A stretch of 64,000 nucleotides of DNA from positions 155,932,001 to 155,996,000 of the forward strand of contig NC_058368.1 in assembly GCF_018350175.1 (NCBI RefSeq), in the 5' to 3' direction. A program made the position numbers and the translations under genes. This document shows, piece after piece, positions 27,044 through 40,879 of this stretch. The first letter of the stretch is position 1. Each line of letters begins with the position of its first letter. The DNA comes from Felis catus (Eukaryota). A model generated the notes under the pieces. It saw only the letters and a list, made by a program, of their open reading frames with translations, made no database searches and was not told where the DNA came from.

Positions 27044-27344
27044 ATAATATAGGTCTTTATGTGTGCAAGTAATTATAATATTTTGAAAGGAAAAGTGTTT
27101 TTTATAAGGTTTTGAATTCTGTAAATTCTTGACAAACAAGTGTTTATTGCTTTACTGATGGTGCTATTGAAAACATTTCTCAAAGGCAAACCAAATAGTT
27201 TTGTCATTGTGTGGAATAATAACTGATGCTGGATATATTGGTCTCATGGTTCCCAATAAAAATTAAGAGCTTTCAGGCATCTTGTTAGGCATTTTGCAAT
27301 GGAATTTCTACATATAGCAGTTCTGGGGAAGTGTGTGTGTTAAA

Positions 27345-27680
27345 AAACATGTAACATAAAACCTACCATCTTAACCTTTTTTAAGTATATAGTTGAATAG
27401 TGTTAAGTATATTCACAATGTTGTGAAACAGAGCTCCAGAACTTTTCCATCTTGTAAAACTGAAACTCTGTACTCATTAAACATCTCTTCTTTTCCCTAG
27501 CCCCAAGTAACTACCATTCTACCTTCTGTCTCTATAAATTTGACTACTTTAGCTACCCTATATAAGTGGAATCATACAGTATATGTCTTTTTCTGTCTTA
27601 TTTCACTTAGCATAATGTCCTCAATATTCATCCCTGTTGTAGTATGTGACCAGATTTCTTTCCTTTAGAAGTCTGAATAC
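27345..27680 (-). mobile_element. L1MA/L1MB 3' end fragment
   Basis: TAAGTGGAATCATACAGTAT...TTTCACTTAGCATAATGTCCTCAA. Confidence 0.8.
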
Positions 27681-29413
27681 AGCTTTTTTTGTGTTTTTAA
27701 TTATGAAATATTTCAAGCATAATGAAAAGCATTCAAAAATCTTAAAGAGTTTTTATAATAAGAAATGCTAATTAAAAATTACCAGAAGCTCTCTCTGACT
27801 CAGGAATATGTGAACTGGGGTAATAGAACACTTTGGGTAACCACCTATTGGTAGACAAAATAAGCCATTTATTTTTCACATTTCTTGGTAGATAGTTCTA
27901 TAAACAGTATTTGGTAGCGATGACAAAAATGTAAAATACTTGGAATATAGATTATTATCTATATTTTATTGAAAATTCATACTTTTTCACATAGTAACCG
28001 GTAAACTAGATACATCTTTATAATTACATAAAAATACAGTTAAACAGAACACAGAAGGAAGATAATATTTTTGCAATAAGCGTATTGGGACTAATAAAGT
28101 ATTAGGCTTAATTGCTGCTGTTAAGTTACACAAATGCAAAATAAACATGAGAAAGAATAACTTTTTAAATACCATTCTTTTCATATTTTAAGAAACATGT
28201 TGAGTATAAAGTCAAAATAATCTGATAAACCAGTGTCTTGTCATTTAATATTCCCAATTATAAATTTCCTTCCACTGGCTACAGTAATCTCACTGAGCAA
28301 ATATAGAAGAGAATTCATCTGTAAACTCTTCTGTTTTTCACATTTTTCTCCTTCCTCCTCATCTCCTTCTCCCCTTACTATTCTTATTTCCCTTTAAATG
28401 GAGCCATTAAGAAATTTTTTCTAGAGGAAATAAGTCACTTCTTAGCATTACCATAGAAATGTACAGATTCAGTAAAAAAAAAAAAGAAAAAAGAAAAAAA
28501 GTGTTAAAAGATTATTTTTAAATATATTAGAAGACAAAGAACCCAAATATGAAATATTTTACTTTATAAGATTATTTAGTTTATTGGTTCAGTTTATTTT
28601 TATTTTGACTTTCTCTTTTAGTGTCTATTCTAATAAAATATAGTGTGCAGATTTACAGAAACCATCATGAAGCTAAAGAAAGAAAATTGTTGTCTTCAGT
28701 TGATTGTTACAGTGTTACTATAGGTAAGATTAGTGTTCATAGGTAAGATTAGGTGCAAAGTTCAATTCTCATAAATATTTCTTACCATTTTTAAATTGTC
28801 TGTATAGAAGTTTTAGAAATTATTTCAACATTGTCTTAAAACATTTAGTTCATGATTATACTAACCAACAAAGTACATTTTATAGAAATAAAATGTGTTA
28901 CTTGGTAGACAGCTGGCTACATGGCCATTTATATGTTTTTATGTAGGAAATAATGCAAGAGATTTTCTAAGGTGGCCTCCTCTGCATTCTAAGATTTTAC
29001 TTTTTAAAAAATGCATAAGTACTTTACTTTGGAAATTATCTAGCCTACACATATTTTATAAAAATCACAGAATGTGGGAACGTGGACAATCTGAGAACAT
29101 CAGAAACATAATGTTCGATGTCATATGGTCTAAAATAGATAAGGCTTCTCCCAGATGTCCTGTAGATTGCTCAACAATCTAATCGTCTTCTTTTAATGAC
29201 ATTCAAACAACTGTTTGAATTATTTACTAATTAATGTATTAATGACCCACTAGATGGATAACTCTGGAGCAGGTATTTGGGAAAACTATGGAACCCCTTA
29301 AAGAGGGAGACTTCATATGACAAACCCTTTGAGGTCTTTATAATCGAATACCATGCACTAATAGGAAGGGTATAGTAATTATAACTTGATGTGAGGGCTC
29401 TAGAACACATTCC

Positions 29414-29415
<2 letters not shown>

Positions 29416-29465
<50 letters not shown>

Positions 29466-29476
29466 TGTGTGAGTGT
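29416..29476. repeat. (TG)n microsatellite
   Basis: Directly visible. Confidence 0.98.
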
Positions 29477-30252
29477 AATAGAAATAAGAGAAGTAACAGA
29501 AACTATGGGATTGCTGGAATGAGTTTTAAATGTTATTTGGGGAGAAAGATGGTTTCCAGTTGGGGAAAATGGTAAGTGTGTGGCTTGAACCAAGAGGATA
29601 ACAGGCAGTTGCCTGAACATGGAGACATTGGGTATAGGATCTGAAAGCATATGATTGAAAGTTTAAATATGATGTTTGAAAAACCATTATAGGCAGAGAT
29701 AGGACTAAAGTTATATATTAGGAGAATGTTTTGCTGGTTAAGATAAACTGCCTGAGGAAGTGGCTTTGGAAAAGGAGGCTGGTACATTGGTGGGTTTTAA
29801 AAGTCGCTAAGACCTGGACTTGGGCTACAGCTATAAAACTAAATTGAAATTTTCAGACAACCCTCAAGGGGCTATGTTACTCCATTCAACTTAACATCCA
29901 AATGCTGTATTTAAAAATCCTTAGGGAAAAGATTTCCAAACATTTTGTCTGTTGTCATAGATACTTCAAGACTGAAAGAAGAAAAAAAAATATAATTCAA
30001 AGGGAACACGAGATGGCAGCAGTTATATAAAGAGAACAACTGAGGAAAGAAAAACATTTGAAATTATTTTTAAAGTAAAAAATGTGTAGCACTTTATTCT
30101 TTATGTGGTGTATTCCTTTTCATTTCAGAGATTACTCAGTTATTGGTTTCATGCTTCACAGCACATCTGAGGTTCATTCTGACTGTAGTAAAAATCCTAC
30201 TCCATTACATGTGATTATTTCCTAAAATAAAGCTGTTGCTGTTTTCTGCAGA

Positions 30253-30370
30253 TTATGGTTCCTCTGTGTTATCTGAGACAGAAGAGTTCTGGATGGTGCA
30301 AAATTGTTTTAAATGTTCCAGCATTGCTTTTTCTTCCTCTTCTAGTCTTTCATTCTTTCTCATTTCCCAC
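30253..30370 (-). CDS. KIAA0825: Terminal coding exon of KIAA0825: (R)[38 protein letters not shown]
   Basis: Strong acceptor GATTTTTCTTTTAG|G at 30371-30372; open frame of 1+39 codons to TAA at 30253-30255; AATAAA on minus at 30093-30098; peptide resembles the recalled human KIAA0825 C-terminus; same-strand position upstream of FAM172A matches recalled human synteny. Confidence 0.78.
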
Positions 30371-31052
30371 CTAAAAGAAAAATCACATTTTAGTATTTTT
30401 GTAACTTCCAAACTATAGTCAACACTCAGTTATTCAAGGCTTGGATACTCTATCACTGGTTTACTGAGGCATCTGTCTTCTACTGACTGCCTCTCCAGCA
30501 CCAAAGTTCACTGTCACTGCTCTTGCAGATTGGGCCAGAGAATGGGAGACAAAAGTGGAGTCAAACCAGTTCTACTCCAAGGTAAAGTTTTAAAATATTA
30601 AGTGAGTTTTCTGAATATGTTAATTTAAAAAATGTGTATGCTTTACTAGGATATACGTGCATATAAATAAAACCTAGAATTCGCAATTAATAAGTAAATA
30701 TTTTCCATAGTATTTTTCCCCACTGATCAGCATATCAGTGGCTTTAAGCTGCAGAGAGATTCTCCAGGAAGACTTCAGCAGCAAGAATATTTAGCTAAAT
30801 TGAATATACTGTATATTAAAGGCAGGTCAGTCTATTCCTAGAAATAATAGAAGATTTGAAGTAATCAAGTTAAAATGATCCAAGAAAAGCAGCAAATTGT
30901 TAGGAAAATTCAATAGGGATTTGGCTAAAGAAGAGAGATTAAAGACTAATTTTGGGTGATTGACAGATACAGAACAAAATGGTAGAATATGAAAATGTAT
31001 ATGAATATAACCTTTAAAGTAACTAGCACAATAACCCAAGTCCAGTTAATTC

Positions 31053-31135
31053 CTTTCATATATGCCACTTCCCCAGGACTGGCCAGGGCACTTTCTCTTT
31101 CATGTATGCCACTTCCCCAGGACTGGCCAGGGCAC
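31053..31135. repeat. 44-bp-period tandem duplication
   Basis: TATGCCACTTCCCCAGGACTGGCCAGGGCAC is identical at 31061-31091 and 31105-31135. Confidence 0.95.
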
Positions 31136-32044
31136 ATTTAACCTAGCAATCCAAGAATGAATCCTCTGCATATATTTTCTTTCTCTTTTCCTCACTCCTA
31201 TTTCTACCAATCCCCAGGCCATCCACTATGACATGCTGTCATAAATGGATTTTAAATCCAATGTTTTAATCCTAAAACATCCTAAGAAGATATATATCCT
31301 AAAAGACTCTCTGCTATAAGGGAATAGAATTTCTAACAAGCAAGTACTTGTTCACTGAATGTCTTCCAGAAGCCCACTGTTTTATTATAGTCAGAACTCC
31401 TGGATAAGAGTTTGTCATACATGAAGAAATATATTGAGTTTGGAATGGGATCATTCTGGTTTTCTTCAATGAAAAGAAAGCAAGGATATTTCATTTTCCA
31501 TAGAAACCTCCTACTGGGACCCTTGTTTTCTTTCATATGGGTTTTCTTGGAGTGTTGGGTTCAATATGCCCTGACCAGTCCTGGGAGGTGGTTTATTATA
31601 AAGCAAGAAGGAAGAGTGGAGAGAAAGATGGAATTATCTGAGAGATTAGACATGGGTTTAATTTACATATCTTCATCATTGTCTGCCTGGGATTCTCCTT
31701 ATATCTAGCCCCAACCTTTGGTGGATCTAAAAACTTATTATTTATGGTTGTCTTAATTTCTCTATACATTCCCATATGGTCAGAGTTAGGTCATTGGTCA
31801 TATAGGTTTTAATAACAACTTGAAGGATAAAGAGATTTTTCACTGCTACACTGTTCAGTCATGTGACAAGGGGCAGTTCTCCTTAGGTCAGTAATTAGAA
31901 TTTTAAAGTTTAGCCTACAAGGTACTTTCTACTATTTTCATGGAGTTTTAAAGATAAAAACTGTCATTACTCATTTTATACAGGTGAACTTGGTTTTCAT
32001 TAATTTTCATATTAAGTTGAACTCCTTCCAAGAAGGAATATATT

Positions 32045-32250
32045 AATAACAGAAAATACTTAAGTAGCACTATGTCTTAGGCATTGTTTTAAACATATGA
32101 CATATCACTCTTTAAATCTGTACTAGAAAATGTTGTTCCCATTGTACAGAGGGGTAAACTGAGATATACTGTTAATGTCACTTGTCCAGGTATCTTCGGA
32201 TTGAAATCAAGGAGTCAGGCTCTAGAGTTTAGACTTACAAATGAGGCACT
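32045..32250. mobile_element. MIR fragment
   Basis: CCCATTGTACAGAGGGGTAAACTGAG core-like motif. Confidence 0.6.
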
Positions 32251-32934
32251 CAGCATAATTTTAAAACCATTTTACAGGTATCATTCATTAATGTTAAAAA
32301 TAGTTTGAACATTTTATTTCCTGAAAAATGTTGACCAAATTGGACAAGATATTTAAAAAAAGAAAAAAAGAACTCTCTAAAATTAATGTAAATAATTTAA
32401 AGAAATCCAAACATGAAAAATTAGGTTTGCCTTTTTTATTCCATGGAAAAGGTGCTAATATTGTACTGAGTAAATGAATTATTTTATGACTGTCAACAGA
32501 ACAAAATATGTAATATGTACATAAATATTTTGATTATTGTCTCTACTTGTGAAAATTGAAAGCACGATCTCTGCTTCATTTAAATATCTGTATAATTAAT
32601 GTAATTTAAATGAATTGTATACATAATAGAATCCAAGATAAGGATTTTTGAAGCTTCATGAGAATTGTAGGCACCTAACAGTATAATTGAGCTGTTAGTA
32701 ATTAATGATCGTAAGCAACATAATTTATCTATCACAGCCTTTTTATATTTGCCTGGTGCTTATTAAGAAGAAATCATTTCGTGTGAGAATAAGAAATTTT
32801 GACAGAGATAGGAGAAAAAATAATATTCAAACTACATTTTCTCTAATAATTTCACCTTAATTGAATAAAGCATTAGAGATTTGAAATGTTTATTTATCTC
32901 AAGTACTATTTTATTTCAAATCTATAAGTTTCTT

Positions 32935-35900
32935 TTTTGAAGTATGATTGGCATTATATTAGTTTCAGGTGTACAATATATTGATTTCATATTTATATAC
33001 ATTACAAAATCATCAGGCTGAGTCTAGTTACCACCTATTACCATACAATATTGTTATTACAATATTGTTGACTATATTCCCTCTGCTGTACAATACATCC
33101 CCATGGCTTATTTATTTTATAACTGGAAGATTGCACCTCTTAATCTCTTTCAATTATTTCGCCAGTTATTTTACCAGGTGGAAAGCCTGCACCCGCCTCC
33201 CCCCTGACAACCATCAGTTTGTTCTCTATATTATGAGTCTGTTTCTGTTTTGTTCATTTGTTTTGCTTTTCATATTCCACAGATAAGTGAAACCATAGGA
33301 TATTTGCCTTTCTCTGACTTACTTCACTTAGCATAATACCTCTAGGTCTATCCATCTTGTCGCAAATGGAAAGATTTTGTTTTTTTAATGGCTGAGTGAT
33401 GTTCCATTGTATATGTACATACCACATCTTTATCCATTTGATCTATCTCTGAACACTTAGGTTGCTTCCATATCTTGGCTGTTGTAAATAATACTGTTGT
33501 AAACATGGGGGTGCATAATTTTCAGGTTAGTGTTTTCATTTTTTTCCAGATAATACCCAGAAGTGGAATTGATGATAGATCATATAGTAGTTATATTTTC
33601 AATTTTTTTTAATGTTTATTTATTTTGAGGAAGAGAAACAGTGTTAGCAGGGAAAGGGCAGAGAGAGGGGGAGACACAGGCTCCAGGCTCTGAGCTGTCA
33701 GCACAGGGCCTGATGCAGGGCTCGAATTCACGAACTGTGAGATCATGACCTGTGCCGATGTCGGACACTTAACCAACTGAGCCACCCAGGCGCCCCTCTA
33801 TTTTCAATATTTTAAGGAACCTCTCTACTACTTTTCATAGTGACCACACCACTTTACATTCCCACCAACGTTGCAAGAGGATTCTCTTTTCAACACATCC
33901 TTGTCAACATTTGGTATTTCTGGTCTTTTTGATAGTAGCCATTTTGACAGGTGTGAGGTGACATCTCATTGTGGTTTTGACTTGGATTTCTCTGATGATA
34001 GTGATGTTGAGTATCTTTTCATATGTCTGTTGACCATCTGTATGTGTTTGGAAAAATATCTATTCAGGTCCTCTTCACATTTCTTAATCGAAGAGTTTTG
34101 TTTTTTTTATAGTGAGTTTTGAGGGTTTTTTTTTTTAATGTTTTGGATATTCCTTATTGGAGATAACTATTTTCAAATATCTTCTCCCATTCAGCAGGTT
34201 GCATTCTTGCTCTATTGGTTTTAGTTTGATGTAGTGCCATTTAAAAATTTTTGTTTTTGCTGTCCTTGTCTGAAGAGACTGATCCAAAAAAAAAAAAAAT
34301 ATATTGCTAAGACAGATGTCAGAGAGCTAGCTGCCTATGTTTTCTTCTAGTTTTATGGTTTCATGTCTTATACTTAAGTCTTTTATCCATTTTGGGTTTA
34401 TTTTTATATATGGTGTTAGAAAGTGGTCCAGTTTCATTGATTTGCTTGTAGTTGCCCCATTTTCCCACCACCATTTGTTGAAGAGACTCTCCTTTCCCCA
34501 CTGTATTCTTGTCTCCTTTGTCATAGACTAATTGACCATATAAGCATGGGTTAATTTCTGGTATGTCTATTCTTTTCCATTGATTTTTGTGTCTCTTTTT
34601 TTGCCAGTACTGTTTTGATTACTATAGCTTTATAGTATACTTTGAATTAAGGAGCATGGTATCTACAGATTCATTCTTTCTCAACATTGTTTTGGCTACG
34701 TAGAGTCTTTTGTGGTTGCATAAAAATTTTAAGATTATTTGTTCTTGTTCCGTGAAAAATGCCATTGGTATTTTAATAGAGATTCCCTTGAATCTGTAGA
34801 TTGCTTTGGGTAGTGTGGACATTTTAACAATAATCTCCTTCCAATCCATAAGCATGATATATTTTTCCATTTATTTATGTTCTTTTCCGTTTCTTTCATC
34901 ACTGTCTTATAGTTTTCAGAGTACAGGTCTTTCGCCTCTTTGTTTAAATTTATTCCTAGGTAATTTATTCTTTTTGATGCAGTTGTAAATGGGATTGATT
35001 TCTTCTCTTATAGTTTGTTATAAGTGTATAGAAACACAAGAGATTTCTGTGTGTTTTTTATCCTGCAACTTTACTGAATCCATTTGTTAATTCTAATAAT
35101 TCTAGTAGTTAATTCTAAGAGTCTTTCCAACTTTTTTATATAGAGCATTAAATCATCTGCCAATAGTGCCAGTTTTACTTCTTCCTTTTCAATTTTTATG
35201 CCTTTCATTTTTGTTTTTTGCCTAAATTCTATGGCTAGGACCTCCAATACTATGTTGAATTAAAGTGGCATCCTTGTCTTTTTCCTGTTCTTAGAGGAAA
35301 ATTTTTCAACTTTCCAACATTGAGTATTATGTTAGCTTTGAGTTTACCACATATGGCCTTTATTATGTTGAGGTATATTCCCTCTATACCCACTTTGTTG
35401 AAGGTTTTTATCATATGGGTGTTGAGTTTTGTTAAATGCTCTTTCTGCAGCTATTAAGATGATAATATGATTTTTATCTTGCATTTTATTAATGTTTTTA
35501 TCATATTGATTGATTCACTAATGTTAAACCATCCTCACATCCCTGGAATAAATTTCATTGGATCACGGTGTATGATCCTTTTAATGTATTGCTGAATTCG
35601 CTGTGATAATATTTTGTTGAGGATTTTTTCATCTATGTTCATTGGGTATATTGGCCTTTTTTTGTAAGTCTCTTTGTCTTGTTTGGTATTGGGGTAGTGC
35701 TGGTCTTATAAAATTAGTTTGGAAGTATTCTTTTCAATTTTTTGCAATAATTTGAAAAGGATAGGTATTAACTCTTGTTTATTTGTTTTTTTTTATTTAA
35801 TTAATTTATTTACATCCAAGTTAGTTAGCATAATGAATTCAGGAGTAGATTCCAGTGATTCATCCCCTATGTGTAACACCCAGTGCTCATCCCAACAAGT

Positions 35901-38900
35901 GTCTTCCTTAATGCCCCTTACCCATTTAGACCAAACCTCTGTCCCCAATCCCTCCAGTAACCCTCAGTTTGTCTCTGTATTTAAGAGTCTCTTATGTTTT
36001 GTCCCCCTCCTTGTTTTTATATTATTTTTGTCTGCCTTCCCTTATGTTCATCTTATGAACTCTAAATTTTTGGTAAAATTCACAGGTGAAGCCCTGTGAT
36101 CCTGGACTTTTATTTGTTGGGATTTTTTGAATACTAATTCAATTTTATTGTTAGTAATTAGTTTACTTAGGTTTTCTATTTTTTATCATGATTCAATCTT
36201 AGAAGATTGTACATGTCTAGGAATTTATCCATTTCTTCTAGGTTGTCCAGTTAGTTGGTGTATAATTGTTCACAGTAGTATCATGATCATTCATATTTCT
36301 CTGGTATATGCTGTAATTTCTCTTTCGTTTCTGAATTTATTTGGGGCCTCTTTTTTTTCTTGAGGAGTCTGGAAAAGTTTATCAGTTTTGTCTTTTCAAA
36401 GAATCAGCTTTTAGTTTCATTGATCTTTTCTTTTTCCTGCATTTAATTTATTGCCTCTCTGAACTTTATTGCTTCATTCCTTCTGCTAATTTCGGTCTTT
36501 GTTTGCTTTTATTTTTCTATATTCCTTTAGGTATAAAGTTAGGTTGTTTGAGATTTTTCTTGTCTTTTGGAGTAAGCTTATATCTCTGTGAACTTCCCTC
36601 TTAGAACTGCTTTTGCTATATCCCTTAGATTTTGGAACATTGTGCTTCCACTTGATTTGTCTGAAAGTATTTTTACATTTCCCCTTATCTTCATTAACCC
36701 ATTGATTGTTTAATAGCTTGTTGTTTAGTCTTTACATGTTTTTGGTTTTTTCCAATTTTCTTTTTGTAATTGATTTCTAATTTTATCCCATTGTGGTCTG
36801 AAAAGCAGCTTGATATGATTTCAATCTTGTTATATTTATTGAGACTTTTTTTATGGCCTAACATGTGGTCCACTCTGGAAATTGTTGCATTTTGAAATGT
36901 GTACACGAAAAGAATGTGTATTCTGCTGTTTTGGGATGGAATATTATATTCCATCTGTTGTGCTGTGTCATTTAAGGCCAATGTTTCCTTGCTTATTTTC
37001 TGTCTGGATGATCTATCCAATAATGTAAGGTAGTGTTAAACTCACCCCTACTATTGTATTACTATCAATTTCTCTTTTTATGTCTCTTAATATTTGCTTT
37101 ACATATTTAGGTGCTCTATTTTGAGAGTAGAGATATTTACAATTGTTATATCTTCTTGTTGGATTGATCCTTTTGTCATTAGATGATGTACTTCTCTCTC
37201 TCTTTTGTTGCAGTGTTTTAAACTCTATTATAATTATTGCTAACCAGCTTTCTTTTTGTTTGTATTTGCATGAAATATCTTTTTCCATCCCTTCACTTTC
37301 AGTCTGTGTGTATATTTAGATCTGAAGTGAATCTCTTATAGGCATCATTTAGATTTGGTCTTTTTTTTAATTTTTTTTTATTTTGGCGTTGTTGTTGTTA
37401 TTTTGTTTTATCCCTTCAGCCATCCTATGACCTCTGATTGGAGAATTTAGTCCATTTACATTTAAAGTAATTATTGATAGATATATACTTATTCAATTTG
37501 TTAATTTTTTTCTGGCTATTTTTGTAGTTCCTTTTTGTTCCTTCTCTTGCAGTTTGATGCTTTTTTTTAGTATAATGCTTAGATTCCTTTTGCTATATTT
37601 CTTTGTGTATCTATTGTAGGTTTCTGGTTTGTGTTTATCATGAAATTGATATATGATAGCATATATATATATATATATACACATATATATGGCAACCTAG
37701 TTTAAGTTGACAGTCACTCAAGTTCATTTACATTCTAAAAGCACATTTTTACTGACCCCCCCTTTTTTGGACATCATATTTTACATCTTTTTATTTTGTA
37801 TATCCCTTACCTAATTATTATAGTTATCGTTGGTTTTAGTAATTTTGTGGGTTTTTTTTTTTAAGTTTCCTTATTTATTTTGAAGATGGGAAAGGGGCAG
37901 AGAGATAGGGACAGAGAGAATCCCAAGCAGGATCCACACTGTCACTGCAGAGCCTGACTCACGGCTCAAACCCATGAACCGTAAACCATGAACCATGAGA
38001 TGATGACCTGAACCAAAATCATGAGTCAGATGCTCAACCAGCTGAGCCACCCAGGTGCCCCAGTACTTTTGTTTTTAAACTTTGTATGAGCTTCATAAGT
38101 GAATGGTTCAGTACATTTATTACATAATTGCCTTTCCCAGAGAGACTTCTTTTACTTTCATATATTTTCTTATTTTTAGTTATGACCTTTTCTGCTTTAA
38201 TTTAGTATTTCTTGTAAGGCTGTTTTAGTGGTGATGAAATCCTTTACCTTTTGCTTGTCTGGAATACTCTTTCATTTTCCTTCAAGTTTAAACTTTGCCA
38301 GGTAGAATATTCTTGGTTTTAAGTTTTTTCCTTTCAGCACTTTGAAGATATCATGCCACTCCTTTCTGGCTTGCAGAGCTTTTGCTGAAAAATCAGGGGG
38401 TAGCCTATGTGAGCTCCCTTCTGTATAACTAGTTGTTTTTCTCTCTTACTGTTTTTAAGATTCTCTCTTATCTTTAATTTTTGACATTTTAATTATGTGT
38501 CTTGAAGTTGCTCTCTTTGGGTTAATCTAGTTTGGAACTCCATGTTAGCTGGACCTAGGTATCTGTTTTCTTCCACAAGTTAGAGAAGTTTTCAGACATT
38601 ATTTCTTCAAGTAAGTTTTTTGCCCCTTTCTCTTTTTCTTCTGGGATTCCTATAATGTCAATGTTAGTAAGCTTGATGTTGTCCCTGATAGCCCTCAAAA
38701 CTCTTGTCTTTTCAAATACTTTTTTTTCTTTTTGCTGATTTTCTTAATTCTGAGTGGGTACTTTCTACTATCTGTTGCCAGGTCACTGATCTGCTTTTCT
38801 GTATCTGATTTGCTGTTGATTCCCTCTAGTATATTTTTACATTTTAGCTCTTGTATTCTTTAGCTGTGATTGGTAGTTTTTTATATTGTCTCTCTCTTTG

Positions 38901-40148
38901 TTGAAGTTCTCACTGTGTTCATCAGTTTCTTCTCCTGAGTTCTGTATCTATATGACTATTATTTTGAATTCTTTATCACGTCAGTTATTTACCTCCATTT
39001 CATTAAGATCTTTTTCTGAGTTTTTGTTGTTGTTGTTCTTTTTTTTGGAATACATTCCTCTGTCTCTTCATTTTGCTTGATTCTCTGTCTCTATTTCTAT
39101 GTATTCAGCAAACTGGCTACCTCTCCGGTCTTGAAGGGGTTTCCTTGTGTAGGAAATGTCCTGTGGGCCCCAGAAGTACACTCTCCCTTGGCCACGAGAA
39201 TCAGATCCTCAAGGGGACATTTCCTGTGTTAGTTTGTGTGCCAGCCTGGCATGATGGTGGTCGTTGGGACTCTTCCCTTGGCCTGGCTGGCTAGGTCACT
39301 GCAGCTGGTTAGATTTCTCTCTGTGGCTCGGCTGGGGTTGCTGTAGTGTGTGGGGCTTTTCCCTTGACCACGCTGTCCTGGGCTTCAGTAGTGGGCAGGG
39401 CTCTCACATTCCGCTCCTCACCCCCTGCCACCACCAGCTGGTTGGGGCTGCTGTGGTGGGTGGGGATTTCCTAGGCCCGCCCATCCTTCTGGGGTACTAC
39501 GGGTGCTGCTGCAGTTGTTGGCAGGGTTGTCAGCAGGCAGCTCTACCAACATTAGCACCTTAGAGTATGAGTAGTAGTGGCTTTGGCTGAGCATGGTAGA
39601 ATATGGCCACAAAAGTGGTGCTTGACAGTGTTTCCATCCCCAGTGCCTCAGCAGTTTTCCACCTGACTGGCAGATGTTCCTGGACTAACACCTATGTTCT
39701 AGGCATTTTTCCAACTGGCATTTTATTGCTGGTTCCTAGGGCCAGTTAGACTGCACACAGGCCCTTTAAGAGTGGGTTCTCCATTCCCTAAAACTATGAT
39801 TTTTCTGGTTATAATCCCTGTTAGTTGTCAAAACCTGGCTTTTTAGAGTGTTGTCTCTCCTGTGAAGGACCTAAGAGTTGAAATGCCTAAGGGAGGCGTT
39901 CTGTGTTCTTGAGATCCCTCTCAATTATAGATCACTGCACCTGGGTTGGGCTTTTTCTTTTTCTGGTGAGAACTTGTCTCTGTCACTCTTACCCATGTCA
40001 GTGCTGCCTTTCTGTCTCTAATTTTGGAGGCTGTTTATCCATTTTCAGGTTTTTTTCTGAGGAAATTATTCCAAATGTAGTTGCATAGTTATCTGTGGGA
40101 GGAGGTGCTCTCAAGTCCTTCCTATGAAGCCATCTTGATTTTTCTCCC
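32935..40148 (-). mobile_element. Full-length old carnivore L1 (L1MA9-like), decayed, with nested SINECs (33604-33796, 37852-38061) and a younger L1 3' tail (~35783-36055)
   Basis: Poly-T 3' end; ORF2 fragments (34327-34524, 34622-34870, EN-like 36694-37288); 5' end GGGAGAAAAATCAAGATGGC; degenerate TSD ATCTATAAGTTTCTT (32920) / ATCTATAAGCTCTT (40149). Confidence 0.88.
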
Positions 40149-40314
40149 ATCTATAAGCTCTTAAGAGTTTATCTTTAATTCTATCCTAGTTTTTAGGCTT
40201 TGTTAACACAGTGTAAAAACAAGTCAATTCTATCAAATTACTATTGGAAAATAAAATAGTTTATCAGTTTGTTAAACACAACTGATTGGGAAACTTATTT
40301 AAAATGTCTATCCC

Positions 40315-40541
40315 GGGGGCGCCTGGGTGGCTCAGTCGGTTGAGCGTCTGACTTCGGCTTAGGTCATGAGCTCGCGGTTTGTGGGTTCGAGCCCCGCGTC
40401 AGGATCTGTGCTGACAGCTCAGAGCCTGGAGCCTGCTTCAGATTCTGTGTCTCCCTCTCTCTCTGCCCTCCCCCCCCCCACACACTCTGTCTCTCCTTCA
40501 AAAGTAAATAAACATTAAAATTTTTTAAAAAAATAAATAAA
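40315..40541 (+). mobile_element. Young feline SINEC
   Basis: GGGGGCGCCTGGGTGGCTCAGTCGGTT head with CpGs retained; perfect 15-bp TSD TAAAATGTCTATCCC at 40300-40314 and 40542-40556. Confidence 0.96.
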
Positions 40542-40879
40542 TAAAATGTCTATCCCTAGTTTATATTAATATGTTTAGAATCTGTAGAGGAAGCATGTCC
40601 CTCAGGACCCAGAAAATGTTGGAACCAGTGTATTTTAATTTTCCCTTGGAAACATTATGAAGTGAGTATATTTTTGTTTTTCTTGACTTTGGTAGCCTGC
40701 TCTCTTTCGCTATTGCTAAATTTCCTACCTGCCTACTATGGAAAAAGAACTGCAGCCTGACCCACACCCCTGCTGTTGGCAATGAATTGTTGTATTTTAG
40801 TCCCTAATAAGCAGCAAAATTCATGAGACCTCACTGATCTCTACCATAATCTTAACTGTCTTCTAGAGTGTGCTCCATC

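Noticed and set aside
40315..40395. tRNA-like A/B box sequence
   Set aside because: It is the tRNA-derived head of a SINEC, not a tRNA gene; the same applies to the other SINEs
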